Positions 9,566 through 19,413 of a stretch of DNA of 32,000 nucleotides are shown piece after piece. The stretch's first letter is position 1, and every line of letters begins with the position of its first letter. The stretch is from Candidatus Saccharimonadota bacterium (GTDB lineage Bacteria; Pseudomonadota; Gammaproteobacteria; Enterobacterales; Enterobacteriaceae), in the NCBI GenBank assembly GCA_049942775.1, contig CP188087.1, positions 450,001 through 482,000 of the forward strand. Reading direction: 5' to 3'. The notes under the pieces are model-generated. The model made no database searches. It saw only the letters and a list, made by a program, of their open reading frames with translations, and was not told the origin of the DNA. Position numbers and translations under genes: made by a program.

Positions 9566-9949
9566 CTAAAAAATAAGACCGAATTTTCTAGCAGAATCTG
9601 CTACAGCTTTTATTCGACCATGATATTGAAAACCAGAACGATCAAAAGAAATTTTTTTAATTCCCTTTTTCAAAGACCTTTTAGCAATTATTTTTCCCAA
9701 TAAATTAGCTGATTCCTTATTTCCAGTATATTTTAAAGAAGAAAAAAATTTTTTTTCTAAACTAGAAGCAGAAACTAAAACATTAGAAGTATTTGAATCT
9801 ATAACTTGAGCATACATATGACGAGATGTTCGATGAACAACTAATCTAATGATTCCATTAGAATTCATTTTTAGCCTAAATCGTTTAGCCCTTCTCATAC
9901 GTATTTTTTTTTTATTACAAAATGATTTTGAAGAAATGGAAACTTTCAC
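9566..9949 (-). CDS. rplR: 50S ribosomal protein L18 (start codon uncertain)
   Basis: [17 protein letters not shown]...[24 protein letters not shown] aligns with L18. The ORF start at 9947-9949 is GTG, 1 nt after the rplF stop, and gives about 10 extra N-terminal residues relative to E. coli. The next ATG (9896-9898) would remove conserved N-terminal basic residues. Confidence 0.88.
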   Translation of the reverse strand: MKVSISSKSFCNKKKIRMRRAKRFRLKMNSNGIIRLVVHRTSRHMYAQVIDSNTSNVLVSASSLEKKFFSSLKYTGNKESANLLGKIIAKRSLKKGIKKISFDRSGFQYHGRIKAVADSARKFGLIF

Positions 9950-9950
9950 T

Positions 9951-10487
9951 TTATTTCTTTTTAGCCTCTTTTATTTTAACCGCCTCATTTTCATAACGAA
10001 TACCTTTGCCTTTATATACTTCAGGTATTCTATAAGCACGTAAATTTGCAGCAACCTGTCCTACTAATTGTTTATCCCTTCCAAATAAAATAATTTCTGT
10101 TGGTGATGGCAATTCAACAATTATTCCGTTTGGAATAATATATTCTATATTATGTGAATATCCTAAAGATAATATCAAAATATTCTCTTTTTTAAGAGAT
10201 ATTCGATAACCAACACCTACCAAATTTAATTTTTTTCGAAAACCAACTGTTATACCTATTATCATCGAGTAAACTAATGAACGAGTAGTACCTACATTAG
10301 CCCATTCCTGTTTCATTGACGAATTATTATCAAATAATAAAAAATTTTTTGAAAAAACAATTTTTACATTTTTATTAATTTTTCGAGATAACTCTAAATC
10401 TTTAAATCTAATAGTTATTAATTCTTTATTTAAAAATATTGAAACACCTGAAGGTACAATAATTGGACGTTTAACAATACGAGACAT
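9951..10487 (-). CDS. rplF: 50S ribosomal protein L6
   Basis: 178 aa. [15 protein letters not shown]...LVGVGYR...[35 protein letters not shown] aligns with L6. Confidence 0.95.
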   Translation of the reverse strand: MSRIVKRPIIVPSGVSIFLNKELITIRFKDLELSRKINKNVKIVFSKNFLLFDNNSSMKQEWANVGTTRSLVYSMIIGITVGFRKKLNLVGVGYRISLKKENILILSLGYSHNIEYIIPNGIIVELPSPTEIILFGRDKQLVGQVAANLRAYRIPEVYKGKGIRYENEAVKIKEAKKK

Positions 10488-10509
10488 TTTTTCCCTCTAT
10501 CTAAAAAAT

Positions 10510-10908
10510 CTAAGTGACATAACAAAGAACTTCTCCACCAATACCAAATTTACAAGCTTTTTTTCCAGTGATAATTCCTTTAGAAGTAGAAATAATTGAT
10601 ATTCCTAATCCTGACATAATTTCTGGTAATTTATTACTTTTTCTATAAATTCTTAATTTAGGAGAACTAACCCTAATAATTTTTTCAATAACAGGTTTTC
10701 CTTGAAAATATTTTAAAAATAATTCTAAAATAGGTTTTTTATTATTATCTAACTTAGAAAAATAAGATTCAATATAACCTTCTTCTTTTAATACACTGCT
10801 GATTGCTATTTTTAATTTAGAAAAAGGAATTTTTACCGAAATTTTATTGGCAGTTTGTCCATTTCGAATTCTAGTTAACATATCTGAAACCGGATCATGC
10901 ATACTCAT
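10510..10908 (-). CDS. rpsH: 30S ribosomal protein S8
   Basis: 132 aa. [22 protein letters not shown]...[22 protein letters not shown]...GGEVLCYV aligns with S8. Confidence 0.96.
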   Translation of the reverse strand: MSMHDPVSDMLTRIRNGQTANKISVKIPFSKLKIAISSVLKEEGYIESYFSKLDNNKKPILELFLKYFQGKPVIEKIIRVSSPKLRIYRKSNKLPEIMSGLGISIISTSKGIITGKKACKFGIGGEVLCYVT

Positions 10909-10982
10909 TTCTATTTTTCTCCAAAAACAACACCAAAAAAATATTTTTAAATTTTAGTTAACTAAGACAAATTATTAAACTT

Positions 10983-11288
10983 TTACCAACTTGATTTTTT
11001 TAAACCAGGTATTTCACCTCTCATAGCAGTTTCTCTTAATTTAATTCTACTAAGTCCAAACTTTCTTAAAAAAGAATGAGGTCTTCCAGTCTGTCTACAT
11101 CGATTTCTTTGACGAGACGGACTAGAATCCCTAGGTAAACTTTGTAATAACAACACTGCTTTCCATTTTTCTTCTTTTTTTGAATTTAAACTAAAAATTA
11201 TCTTTTTCAGTTTCTGTCTTTTAGAAAAAAATTTTAAAGATAATTTGATTCTTTTTTTTTCCCTTTCTTTCATAGATTCTTTTGCCAT
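10983..11288 (-). CDS. rpsN: 30S ribosomal protein S14
   Basis: The track ORF runs to 11357 and would overlap rplE. By homology the start is [13 protein letters not shown], with ATG at 11286-11288, giving 101 aa as in E. coli. [51 protein letters not shown] is nearly identical to E. coli S14. Confidence 0.95.
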   Translation of the reverse strand: MAKESMKEREKKRIKLSLKFFSKRQKLKKIIFSLNSKKEEKWKAVLLLQSLPRDSSPSRQRNRCRQTGRPHSFLRKFGLSRIKLRETAMRGEIPGLKKSSW

Positions 11289-11307
11289 TAAAATTTTTCT
11301 CCTAATA

Positions 11308-11847
11308 TCATTTACTAAACGGAAAATTAAAATATGATAATAACGCATGTCCTTCATTATCCGAAACAGCTGTCGTAGTTATAGTAATGTCTAAACCTCT
11401 AATTTTATCCAATTTATCATAATCAATTTCTGGAAAAATAATTTGTTCTCGTATTCCTATACTATAATTTCCCCTACCATCAAAAGATTTTCTAGAAAAA
11501 CCTCTAAAATCTCTTATTCTAGGACATGCTATATTAATAAATCTATCTAAAAAATCCCATTTCATTTTTCTTCTTAATGTTACTTTACAACCAATAGCTA
11601 CATTTTTTCTAATTTTGAATCCAGCCACCGATTTTTTTGAAAATGTAATTATAGCTTTTTGACCAGATATAGAAGATAAATCTTTCAATGACTTATCTAA
11701 TAACTTCTTGTCTAAAATAGCGTTTCCAACTCCCATATTTAAAGTAATTTTATCAATTTTTGGAACTTGCATAACTGATTTATATTTAAAATCAACCATT
11801 AATTTTTTTATAATTTTTTTTTTATATAATTCTAATAATCTAATCAA
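11308..11847 (-). CDS. rplE: 50S ribosomal protein L5 (TTG start)
   Basis: 179 aa, the same length as E. coli L5. [19 protein letters not shown]...GCKVTLRR...RDFRG...[24 protein letters not shown]...[11 protein letters not shown] aligns with L5. The start codon at 11845-11847 is TTG, preceded by a strong AGGAGG 8 nt upstream (TAGGAGGAATAAAAATTG). Confidence 0.95.
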   Translation of the reverse strand: MIRLLELYKKKIIKKLMVDFKYKSVMQVPKIDKITLNMGVGNAILDKKLLDKSLKDLSSISGQKAIITFSKKSVAGFKIRKNVAIGCKVTLRRKMKWDFLDRFINIACPRIRDFRGFSRKSFDGRGNYSIGIREQIIFPEIDYDKLDKIRGLDITITTTAVSDNEGHALLSYFNFPFSK

Positions 11848-11863
11848 TTTTTATTCCTCCTAT

Positions 11864-12178
11864 TTATTTTAAAACTTCCATATTAGATTTCAAAAATCGA
11901 ATTTTTTTACCTTTTTCAAATTTAAAGCCAATTTTATCAGGTTTTCCAGTTTTTAAATTTAAAATAGCAACATTAGAAATAGCAATGGAAGATTCTTTTT
12001 TTATTATTCCTCCTGTTAAATTTCTAGAAGGAACAGATTTCTGATGTTTACAAACTAAATTTACTCCTTTGATAATAACTTTATTTCGATTTAGTATATT
12101 TACTACTGTTCCTTTCTTTCCTCTCTCTTTTCCTGATAAAATAATGACTTTGTCATTTTTTCGTATCTTAGATGCCAT
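11864..12178 (-). CDS. rplX: 50S ribosomal protein L24
   Basis: 104 aa. MASKIRKNDKVIILSGKERGKKG...VSNVAILN..TGK.DKIGFKFE.GKKIRF.KSN aligns with L24. Confidence 0.95.
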   Translation of the reverse strand: MASKIRKNDKVIILSGKERGKKGTVVNILNRNKVIIKGVNLVCKHQKSVPSRNLTGGIIKKESSIAISNVAILNLKTGKPDKIGFKFEKGKKIRFLKSNMEVLK

Positions 12179-12193
12179 GTATATTTTCCTTAT

Positions 12194-12562
12194 TTAAAGC
12201 ACTTCAGGTGCTAAAGAAATTATTTTCATAAATTTCTCAATTCTTAACTCTCGAGTCACCGGTCCAAAAATTCTAGTTCCAATTGGTTGTTCATTATTAT
12301 TTAATACAACACAAGAATTACTATCAAAACGTAACAAAGAACCATCTAAACGACGAATTCCCTTTTTGGTTCGAACTATAACTGCTTTTAATACTTCTCC
12401 TTTCTTTACTTTACCCCTTGGAATTGCTTCCTTTATTGTTATCTTTATTATATCTCCAATAAAAGCATATCTTTTTTTCGAACCGCCTAATACTTTTATA
12501 CACATAGCTAAACGTGCGCCCGAATTATCAGCTACTTTTAAAATCGTTTGTGATTGAATCAT
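12194..12562 (-). CDS. rplN: 50S ribosomal protein L14
   Basis: The track ORF runs to 12589. By homology the start is [17 protein letters not shown], with ATG at 12560-12562, giving 122 aa. GAGGAAA lies upstream. The protein is nearly identical to E. coli L14 through to ...[13 protein letters not shown]. Confidence 0.96.
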   Translation of the reverse strand: MIQSQTILKVADNSGARLAMCIKVLGGSKKRYAFIGDIIKITIKEAIPRGKVKKGEVLKAVIVRTKKGIRRLDGSLLRFDSNSCVVLNNNEQPIGTRIFGPVTRELRIEKFMKIISLAPEVL

Positions 12563-12671
12563 TAGAAAAATTTTCCTCATTACTAACAAACAATGATCTT
12601 AAAATATTTTAAATTTATGTTTTTATATTAAAAACTAGCATTATTTTTAAAAAAATCATTTAGAAAAATGA

Positions 12672-12932
12672 CTATAAAACATTAGATTTTTCTATTACAC
12701 GAACCATTTTCCACGATTTAGTTTTAGAAATAGGACGAGTTTCACATATTTCTATAATATCTCCTTTAACACATTCGTTCTTTTCGTCATGAACATGTAT
12801 TTTTGTAGTTTTTCTCATAAATTTTTTATATAAATCGTGTTTTACAAATCTTTCTATTAAGACAACTACTGATTTTTGCATTTTTGAACTAATTACTTTA
12901 GCTTTTAAATAACGTTTATTTTTTTTTATCAT
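12672..12932 (-). CDS. rpsQ: 30S ribosomal protein S17
   Basis: 86 aa. [60 protein letters not shown] aligns with S17. The 5' end overlaps the rpmC 3' end by 17 nt. Confidence 0.94.
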   Translation of the reverse strand: MIKKNKRYLKAKVISSKMQKSVVVLIERFVKHDLYKKFMRKTTKIHVHDEKNECVKGDIIEICETRPISKTKSWKMVRVIEKSNVL

Positions 12933-13128
12933 GAGTTTTGTCTAAATCCATTTCCCTGTTTAACATTTTAATTCTAGAAATATTTCTTCTTGCTTTTTTT
13001 AACAAATGTACTTGTTGTAATTTTCCTGAAGATAACTGAATTTTTAAATTAAAATATTCTCTTAACAAACTAGCTAATTCAAAATCAAGTTCAGTTTTTG
13101 ATTTTTTTCTCAATTCATATAAATTCAT
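12916..13128 (-). CDS. rpmC: 50S ribosomal protein L29
   Basis: 70 aa. [51 protein letters not shown] aligns with L29. It has roughly 7 extra C-terminal residues relative to my recall of E. coli (63 aa). Confidence 0.93.
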   Translation of the reverse strand: MNLYELRKKSKTELDFELASLLREYFNLKIQLSSGKLQQVHLLKKARRNISRIKMLNREMDLDKTHDKKK

Positions 13129-13540
13129 TGTTATTCAACCTTTTTTTTATAAAAATAGTTCTAACTGGTAACTTAGAAGCTGCTAATTTAAATGCTAATC
13201 TAGAATCTTCTTCAGAAATACCTTCTATTTCATACAAAATAGTTCCAGGTTGAACTAATGCTACCCAATATTCAACATTTCCCTTACCTTTTCCCATTCT
13301 AACTTCTAATGGTTTTTTTGTAATAGGTTTGTCTGGAAAAATTCTTATCCACATTTTTCCTTGTCTTTTTACGGCTCTACTAATTGTTCTCCTAGCTGAT
13401 TCAATTTGTCTAGAAGTTATCCGACCTCTATCAATTGATTTTAATCCAAAAGAACCAAAATTAATTTCTCTTCCTATAGCTAATCCACGATTTCTACCTT
13501 TATGCATTTTTCTATATTTTGTTCTTTTAGGTTGTAACAT
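13115..13540 (-). CDS. rplP: 50S ribosomal protein L16
   Basis: 141 aa. [19 protein letters not shown]...[13 protein letters not shown]...[31 protein letters not shown] aligns with L16. A short C-terminal extension overlaps rpmC by 14 nt. Confidence 0.96.
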   Translation of the reverse strand: MLQPKRTKYRKMHKGRNRGLAIGREINFGSFGLKSIDRGRITSRQIESARRTISRAVKRQGKMWIRIFPDKPITKKPLEVRMGKGKGNVEYWVALVQPGTILYEIEGISEEDSRLAFKLAASKLPVRTIFIKKRLNNNEFI

Positions 13541-13557
13541 AAAACTTCCTTTTTCTG

Positions 13558-14265
13558 TTATCTACGATATCTTCTATGCTGTTTTTGATTTTGTAAAAAA
13601 AGCTTTTTTTCATTAATTTCATTTAGTTCTTTCATTCCACCTAATACTTCTCCTTTAAAAATCCAAACTTTTATTCCAATTATTCCAAATGTAGTATGTG
13701 CTTCCGAAGTATTATAATCAATATTTGCTCTTAAAGTATGTAAAGGAACCCTTCCTTCTCTATACCACTCGGTTCTAGCAATTTCTGTTCCTCCCAAACG
13801 ACCACTTATTTCTACTTTAATTCCTTGAGCACCTTGCCTAATAGTATTTTGAACTGATCGTTTCATAACTCTACGAAACATAATTCTTCTTTCTAATTGT
13901 GATTTTATATTATCAGCTACTAATTTAGCATCTAGTTCTGGTTTTTTAATCTCTGATATATTTATCTGTGTTGGCACACCAGTCATATTAGATATAATTT
14001 TTCTTAATTTTTCTACATCTTCACCTTTTTTTCCAATAACTATTCCAGGACGAGACGTATGTACTGTTATACGAATGCTTTTTGAAGGTCGTTCAATAAC
14101 AATTTTAGAAACAGATGCTTTTCTTAACTTCCTTATTAAAAATTGACGCACTTTAAAATCACTATCTAAAATATTTGCAAAATTTTTACTATCAGAAAAC
14201 CAAATAGAATTCCAAGACCTAATAATTCCTAACCTCAATCCGTTAGGATGAACTTTTTGACCCAT
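13558..14265 (-). CDS. rpsC: 30S ribosomal protein S3
   Basis: 235 aa. [19 protein letters not shown]...[17 protein letters not shown]...[28 protein letters not shown] aligns with S3. Confidence 0.96.
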   Translation of the reverse strand: MGQKVHPNGLRLGIIRSWNSIWFSDSKNFANILDSDFKVRQFLIRKLRKASVSKIVIERPSKSIRITVHTSRPGIVIGKKGEDVEKLRKIISNMTGVPTQINISEIKKPELDAKLVADNIKSQLERRIMFRRVMKRSVQNTIRQGAQGIKVEISGRLGGTEIARTEWYREGRVPLHTLRANIDYNTSEAHTTFGIIGIKVWIFKGEVLGGMKELNEINEKKLFLQNQKQHRRYRR

Positions 14266-14300
14266 TATTAAAATTCTCCAAAAATAACAACAAAAAAAAT

Positions 14301-14633
14301 CTATTCATTAGATACAACAACCGTAATGTGAGAAGTTCTTTTCAATATACGATCAGCTCTTCCTTTGGCTCTAGGCATCATTCTTTTAACTGTTGGACCT
14401 TCATCTATTAAAATTTTTACTATTTTCAAATCATCGATATCTATCGAATCATTATGTTCTGAATTAGCCACTGCTGATTCTATTACTTGCTTCAGAAGAG
14501 AAGCAGATTTTTTATTAATAAAAGATAATATGCTTAAAGCTGTAGATGCCTTTTTACCTCTTACTAAATTAGCTACCAATCGAAGTTTTTGTGCTGAAGA
14601 ATTAGCTTTTTTTAAAATAGCTAAATTAGTCAT
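14301..14633 (-). CDS. rplV: 50S ribosomal protein L22
   Basis: 110 aa. [40 protein letters not shown]...D.L.....[26 protein letters not shown] aligns with L22. Confidence 0.95.
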   Translation of the reverse strand: MTNLAILKKANSSAQKLRLVANLVRGKKASTALSILSFINKKSASLLKQVIESAVANSEHNDSIDIDDLKIVKILIDEGPTVKRMMPRAKGRADRILKRTSHITVVVSNE

Positions 14634-14655
14634 TTTAAAATCCTCTTATTAATTC

Positions 14656-14943
14656 CTATTTTTTTAATGTTTTTTTTATTTTTTTATCAGCAAAATGACC
14701 TTTATAAGTTCTAGTTATAGAAAATTCTCCAAGTTTATGTCCAACCATCTCTTCTAAAATAAATACTGGGACATGTTTTCTACCATTATGAACTAAAAAT
14801 GTCAAACCTATCATATTAGGAATAATAGTAGAACGACGAGACCAAGTTTTAATAGGCTTTTTCTCTTTTTTTAAAATAGCATTTTCTATCTTTTTAAATA
14901 AATGTAAATCTATAAAAGGACCTTTTCTTAACGAACGCGGCAT
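14656..14943 (-). CDS. rpsS: 30S ribosomal protein S19
   Basis: 95 aa. [17 protein letters not shown]........[48 protein letters not shown] aligns with S19. Confidence 0.96.
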   Translation of the reverse strand: MPRSLRKGPFIDLHLFKKIENAILKKEKKPIKTWSRRSTIIPNMIGLTFLVHNGRKHVPVFILEEMVGHKLGEFSITRTYKGHFADKKIKKTLKK

Positions 14944-14972
14944 AATAAGTAAACCTTTTTAAAAAAATAAAA

Positions 14973-15800
14973 TTATTTTATTCGATGTTTTAAAATATAT
15001 CTTTCTGTTCGTTTATTTTTTCTAGTTTTTTTACCTTTTGTTTGAACTCCCCATGGAGTTACTGGATGTTTACCAAAATTTCTACCTTCACCACCACCAT
15101 GAGGATGATCAACTGGATTCATTGCAGTTCCTCTAACAGTAGGTCTGATTCCTCTCCACCTAGATGCTCCAGCTTTTCCTAACATTCTTAACATATGTTC
15201 TGAATTTCCTACTTCTCCTATAGTAGCTCTACAAAATGAAGATATTTTTCTCATTTCTCCTGAACGTAAACGAATGCTTACATAATTTTCATCTTTTGAA
15301 ATCAGTTGAGCATAACTACCAGCTGAACGAGCAATTTGACCTCCTTTTCCTGGTTTTAATTCTATATTATGAACTATAGTTCCAATCGGTATATTTCTAA
15401 TAGGCATTGAATTTCCTATTTTTACGTCAACTTTATTGTTTCCAGATTTGACTTTTAATCCTACATCAAGATTTTTAGCTGCTAAAATGTATCTTCTTTC
15501 TCCATCTTGATATTTTATTAAAGCAATATTAGAAGATCTATTAGGGTCATATTCAATCCTCTCTACTATTCCTAATACATTATCTTTGTTTCTTTTAAAA
15601 TCAATTAATCTATATGCTCTCTTATGACCTCTACCAATATGTCTAGTAGTAATATGTCCTTCATTATTTCTACCTCCAGTTCTTTTCTTTTTCTTGATTA
15701 AAAAAGAAAATTTAGGTTTTCCTTTATATAATTTAGAATTAACTACTTTAACAACATGACGACGTCCTGGAGATGTAGCTTTACATTTTACAACAGCCAT
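14973..15800 (-). CDS. rplB: 50S ribosomal protein L2
   Basis: The track ORF starts 5 codons upstream (15815), but that ATG is part of the Shine-Dalgarno sequence (ATGGAGATAAACAAAATG). By homology the start is [21 protein letters not shown], with ATG at 15798-15800. ...[38 protein letters not shown] aligns with L2. Confidence 0.96.
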   Translation of the reverse strand: MAVVKCKATSPGRRHVVKVVNSKLYKGKPKFSFLIKKKKRTGGRNNEGHITTRHIGRGHKRAYRLIDFKRNKDNVLGIVERIEYDPNRSSNIALIKYQDGERRYILAAKNLDVGLKVKSGNNKVDVKIGNSMPIRNIPIGTIVHNIELKPGKGGQIARSAGSYAQLISKDENYVSIRLRSGEMRKISSFCRATIGEVGNSEHMLRMLGKAGASRWRGIRPTVRGTAMNPVDHPHGGGEGRNFGKHPVTPWGVQTKGKKTRKNKRTERYILKHRIK

Positions 15801-15828
15801 TTTGTTTATCTCCAAAAAATGTTATTTA

Positions 15829-16134
15829 CTACTTGCTATCATTGAAAAAGTTAAAGTTTTCACCTTTTTCTAAAATAACATAAGCTTTTTTCCAACTTTT
15901 ACCAACAGTAGTTTTGTTCTTATATTTTTTGAATTCACCTTTTACAATTAATGTGTTTACTTCTTTTACTTTTACAGATAGAAAATTTTGTACGGCATCT
16001 TTTATATCAGATTTTTTAGATTTTTTACTTACTTTTAAAACTATTGCATTATTTTTCTTTGAAAGAAAAGACGATTTTTCTGAAATCAAGGGAGATAATA
16101 TAACTTTAAATAACCGATTATTAGAAATCGTCAT
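15829..16134 (-). CDS. rplW: 50S ribosomal protein L23
   Basis: 101 aa. [10 protein letters not shown]......N.IVLKV.K...K..IK.AVQ..F.V.V..VNTL.VKG.......K...G..S.WKKAYV.L..G.N aligns with L23. Its ATG overlaps the rplD stop (ATGA). Confidence 0.94.
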   Translation of the reverse strand: MTISNNRLFKVILSPLISEKSSFLSKKNNAIVLKVSKKSKKSDIKDAVQNFLSVKVKEVNTLIVKGEFKKYKNKTTVGKSWKKAYVILEKGENFNFFNDSK

Positions 16135-16736
16135 TGTAATGATTCCTCTATTCTTTTCATTGCTTTTAAAGTAAGAATAATATTTCTGAAAGCAATCAAA
16201 CTAATTGGATCGATTGATTTTGCTATTTTAACTTCTACTTTGTATAAATTTCTTGATGCTAAATATAAATTTTCATCTTTCTTATCTAAAATTATTAGAA
16301 CATCTTTCATATTTTGACTTTTTAACTTGCTTACTAATAATTTTGTTTTTGGAGATTCTATAGAAAATTTATTAAATAAAAACAATCTATTTTTTCTTAT
16401 TAATTCAGAAAAAATACTTCTTAAAGCTCCTTTATACATTTTTTTATTAATTTTTTGATTGTAAACTTTATTGTTACTAGAAAATGTTACTCCTCCAGAC
16501 CTCCAAATAGGACTTCTTAAAGATCCTGCTCGAGCGCGACCTGTTCCTTTTTGACGCCAAGGCTTTTTTCCTGAACCAGATACTTCAGATCTATTTTTTT
16601 GACCTTTAGATCCTCGTCGAGATTTATTTGAATAAGCTACTATTACTTGATGTACTAAAGCTTCATTAAAATCTCTTCCAAAAACATTTTCAGAAAAAGA
16701 TACTTTTTTTTCTAAATCTCTGAGTATTAATTCCAT
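16131..16736 (-). CDS. rplD: 50S ribosomal protein L4
   Basis: 201 aa. [17 protein letters not shown]...[34 protein letters not shown]...PKTKLL..KLK...DVLII...DENL.LA.RNL.KV.V......DP.SLIAF aligns with L4. Confidence 0.96.
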   Translation of the reverse strand: MELILRDLEKKVSFSENVFGRDFNEALVHQVIVAYSNKSRRGSKGQKNRSEVSGSGKKPWRQKGTGRARAGSLRSPIWRSGGVTFSSNNKVYNQKINKKMYKGALRSIFSELIRKNRLFLFNKFSIESPKTKLLVSKLKSQNMKDVLIILDKKDENLYLASRNLYKVEVKIAKSIDPISLIAFRNIILTLKAMKRIEESLQ

Positions 16737-16740
16737 TTCT

Positions 16741-17382
16741 TTAAACTCCTTGTTGCTTAATAGAAGGTTTTACTATTAAATTATTTCCAGAATAACCAGG
16801 TATAGATCCTTTTACTAAAAGTAAATGATTGATAAAATCAATTTTTATGATTTTAATATTTTGAATTGTAATTCGACAATTTCCTAGTTGTCCCGACATT
16901 TTTTTTCCTTTAAAAACTTTTCCAGGAGTTTGATTTTGACCAATCGATCCAGGAACCCTGTGAGATAGGGAATTACCATGAGAAGAATCTTGAGAACGAA
17001 AATTCCATCTCTTTATTGTTCCAGAAAAACCTTTTCCTTTAGATATTCCAATAACATCTACAATTTTTATTTTTTTAAAAATATTTAAATTAATTATTTT
17101 CCCTAAAACAAAATCATTAAAATCGTTTTTTATTCTAAATTCCCATAAACCTCTTCCAGGAATAACATTCGATTTTTTGTAATGACCTGCAATAGATTTT
17201 TTTAATCGATTAGTCTTAATTATTCCTGTGGTTACCTGTATTGCATTATATTTATCTTTTTTAAGATTTTTTATTTGTGTTATTCTATTTTCTAAAATTT
17301 CAATTACTGTAACGGGTATTGATCTTCCCTCTTCAGTAAAAATACGAGTCATTCCAATTTTTTTACCTACTAAACCCAACAT
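16741..17382 (-). CDS. rplC: 50S ribosomal protein L3
   Basis: 213 aa. [28 protein letters not shown]...[54 protein letters not shown] aligns with L3. Confidence 0.96.
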   Translation of the reverse strand: MLGLVGKKIGMTRIFTEEGRSIPVTVIEILENRITQIKNLKKDKYNAIQVTTGIIKTNRLKKSIAGHYKKSNVIPGRGLWEFRIKNDFNDFVLGKIINLNIFKKIKIVDVIGISKGKGFSGTIKRWNFRSQDSSHGNSLSHRVPGSIGQNQTPGKVFKGKKMSGQLGNCRITIQNIKIIKIDFINHLLLVKGSIPGYSGNNLIVKPSIKQQGV

Positions 17383-17410
17383 CTATTCAAGCTCCTTATT
17401 AAACTGATAA

Positions 17411-17731
<321 letters not shown>

Positions 17732-17963
17732 CTACCAAAACTCCATTTATTTATAAATTAAAAAACAAAAAAAAACCCCAATTAACCCATTATCCACAGA
17801 TTAATATAATTGATTAAGTGACTCTAAAAATTAAGAGTCTTGACTTTTAACCATTAACAAAGATAATCATTATGATTAATAAATTAATAAAAATCAATAT
17901 TATATTGAATCAATATTTTTTTAAATTTTAATCTAATTATATATTTATTTTTAATTTAAAACC

Positions 17964-17981
17964 AAAAAAAAAAAAAAAAAA
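17964..17981. repeat. A18 homopolymer (intergenic, tuf-rpsJ spacer)
   Basis: Counted directly: 18 consecutive A on the plus strand (T18 on the coding strand of the flanking operons). This is the longest homopolymer I found in the window. Confidence 0.9.
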
Positions 17982-18048
17982 TAAATGTTTAAATATTTAA
18001 AAAAATAAGAAATAAAATACTAAAAAATATTCTTTTATCGTAGAAAAC

Positions 18049-18096
18049 TTCATCAAGAAAAGTTTTATCAATAAATTAATTTCTTTTCTTGATGAA
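18049..18096 (-). terminator. Candidate intrinsic terminator of the str operon (downstream of tuf)
   Basis: TTCATCAAGAAAAG (18049-18062), a 20-nt loop, then CTTTTCTTGATGAA (18083-18096). This is a perfect 14-bp stem containing 4 G/C pairs. On the minus-strand transcript it is followed immediately by GUUUUCU. It starts 55 nt after the tuf stop codon. Confidence 0.5.
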
Positions 18097-18105
18097 TATA
18101 TAATT

Positions 18106-18125
18106 ATTAAATTAAATTAAATTAA
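18106..18125. repeat. (ATTAA)x4 tandem pentanucleotide repeat
   Basis: Four exact tandem copies of ATTAA counted directly, between the tuf stop codon and the hairpin. Confidence 0.8.
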
Positions 18126-18151
18126 AAATTAATAAATTAATACATATTTTA

Positions 18152-19336
18152 TCAAGAAATTACTTTTGTTACTACTCCTGCTCCAACTGTACGTCCTCCT
18201 TCTCTAATTGCAAACCTTAATCCTTCTGACATTGCTATAGGATGAATCAATGTAACTGACATTTTCACATTATCTCCAGGCATAACCATTTCCATATTTT
18301 TAGGTAAAGATACGGAACCAGTAACATCAGTAGTTCTAAAATAGAATTGAGGCCTATATCCATTAAAAAAAGGAGTATGTCTTCCTCCTTCTTCTTTGTT
18401 TAATACATACACTTCTGATTCGAATTTCATATGAGGAAGTATAGAACCAGGTTTTGATAATACTTGACCTCTTTCTATTTCATCTCTTTTAGTTCCTCTC
18501 AACAACACACCAACATTTTCTCCTGCTCTACCTTCATCTAATAACTTTCTAAACATTTCCACACCAGTACAAATAGTCTTCGTCGTTGGTCTAATTCCAA
18601 CAACTTCAACTTCTTCACCAACTTTTACTATTCCACACTCTACTCTACCTGTAACTACTGTACCTCTTCCTGAAATAGAAAAAACATCCTCGATTGGTAA
18701 TAAAAAAGGTTTTTCTATAGCTCTTTTAGGTTCAGGTATATAAGAATCTAAAGCGCTAGCAAGTTCTAATATTTTCTTTTCCCAAATTTCGTTTCCTTCC
18801 AATGCCTTTAGAGCTGAACCTCTTATTATCGGAGTATTATCTCCTGGAAAATTATACTGAGTCAGTAAATCTCGAACTTCCATTTCAACTAATTCTAATA
18901 ACTCTTCATCATCAACCATATCACATTTATTAATAAAAACAACAATATAAGGAACACCAACCTGACGACCTAATAAAATATGTTCTCTAGTTTGAGGCAT
19001 TGGACCATCAGTTGCTGCAACCACTAAAATTGCTCCATCCATCTGCGCTGCACCAGTAACCATATTTTTAATATAGTCAGCATGTCCTGGACAATCAACA
19101 TGTGCATAATGTCTAATTTCTGTATCATACTCTACGTGTGAAGTATTGATAGTAATTCCTCTTGCTTTTTCTTCTGGTGCATTATCTATTTGGTCAAATG
19201 CACGAGCTGACCCTCCATATTTTTTAGCTAAAACAGTAGTAATAGCTGCAGTTAAAGTGGTTTTTCCGTGATCTACATGGCCTATAGTTCCTACATTAAT
19301 ATGTGGTTTTAAACGATTAAATTTTTCTTTAGACAT
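18152..19336 (-). CDS. tuf: Elongation factor Tu
   Basis: 394 aa. [35 protein letters not shown]...[40 protein letters not shown] aligns end-to-end with EF-Tu. Confidence 0.98.
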   Translation of the reverse strand: MSKEKFNRLKPHINVGTIGHVDHGKTTLTAAITTVLAKKYGGSARAFDQIDNAPEEKARGITINTSHVEYDTEIRHYAHVDCPGHADYIKNMVTGAAQMDGAILVVAATDGPMPQTREHILLGRQVGVPYIVVFINKCDMVDDEELLELVEMEVRDLLTQYNFPGDNTPIIRGSALKALEGNEIWEKKILELASALDSYIPEPKRAIEKPFLLPIEDVFSISGRGTVVTGRVECGIVKVGEEVEVVGIRPTTKTICTGVEMFRKLLDEGRAGENVGVLLRGTKRDEIERGQVLSKPGSILPHMKFESEVYVLNKEEGGRHTPFFNGYRPQFYFRTTDVTGSVSLPKNMEMVMPGDNVKMSVTLIHPIAMSEGLRFAIREGGRTVGAGVVTKVIS

Positions 19337-19413
19337 AACTAAGAATCCTTATTTAATTTATATATAAAAATATAACTAACTAAAATAAAAAAGGTTTTTT
19401 ATTTCAAACAAAA

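Noticed and set aside
10983-11357. N-terminally extended versions of rpsN (to 11357), rplN (to 12589), rpsD (to 6072), rpsK (to 6494), rplB (to 15815), rpsG (to 22073) and argD (to 25048), as given by the longest-ORF track.
   Set aside because: Homology to E. coli orthologues places the true starts at internal ATGs. In several cases the upstream ATG is part of the Shine-Dalgarno sequence itself (ATGGAG..., ATGAGG...), or the extension would overlap or abut the upstream gene.
12563-12671. A spc-operon promoter in the 109-nt rpsQ-rplN gap, and an alpha-operon promoter/S4 site in the 68-nt rpmJ-rpsM gap (6849-6916).
   Set aside because: Only weak hexamer matches are present (for example TTGATG-16 nt-TTACTA). 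I cannot distinguish these from background, and read-through from upstream operons is equally plausible.
17894-17908. The 15-nt perfect palindrome TCAATAT-T-ATATTGA in the tuf-rpsJ spacer as a protein-binding operator.
   Set aside because: With 7-bp arms that are almost entirely A/T, rough expectation gives one or more such palindromes by chance in a 420-bp spacer of this composition. There is no supporting context.
18106-18125. (ATTAA)x4 and other short tandem or low-complexity repeats as possible CRISPR-like or regulatory repeats.
   Set aside because: The units are 5 nt with no spacers. They are typical slippage-generated microsatellites in AT-rich intergenic DNA.
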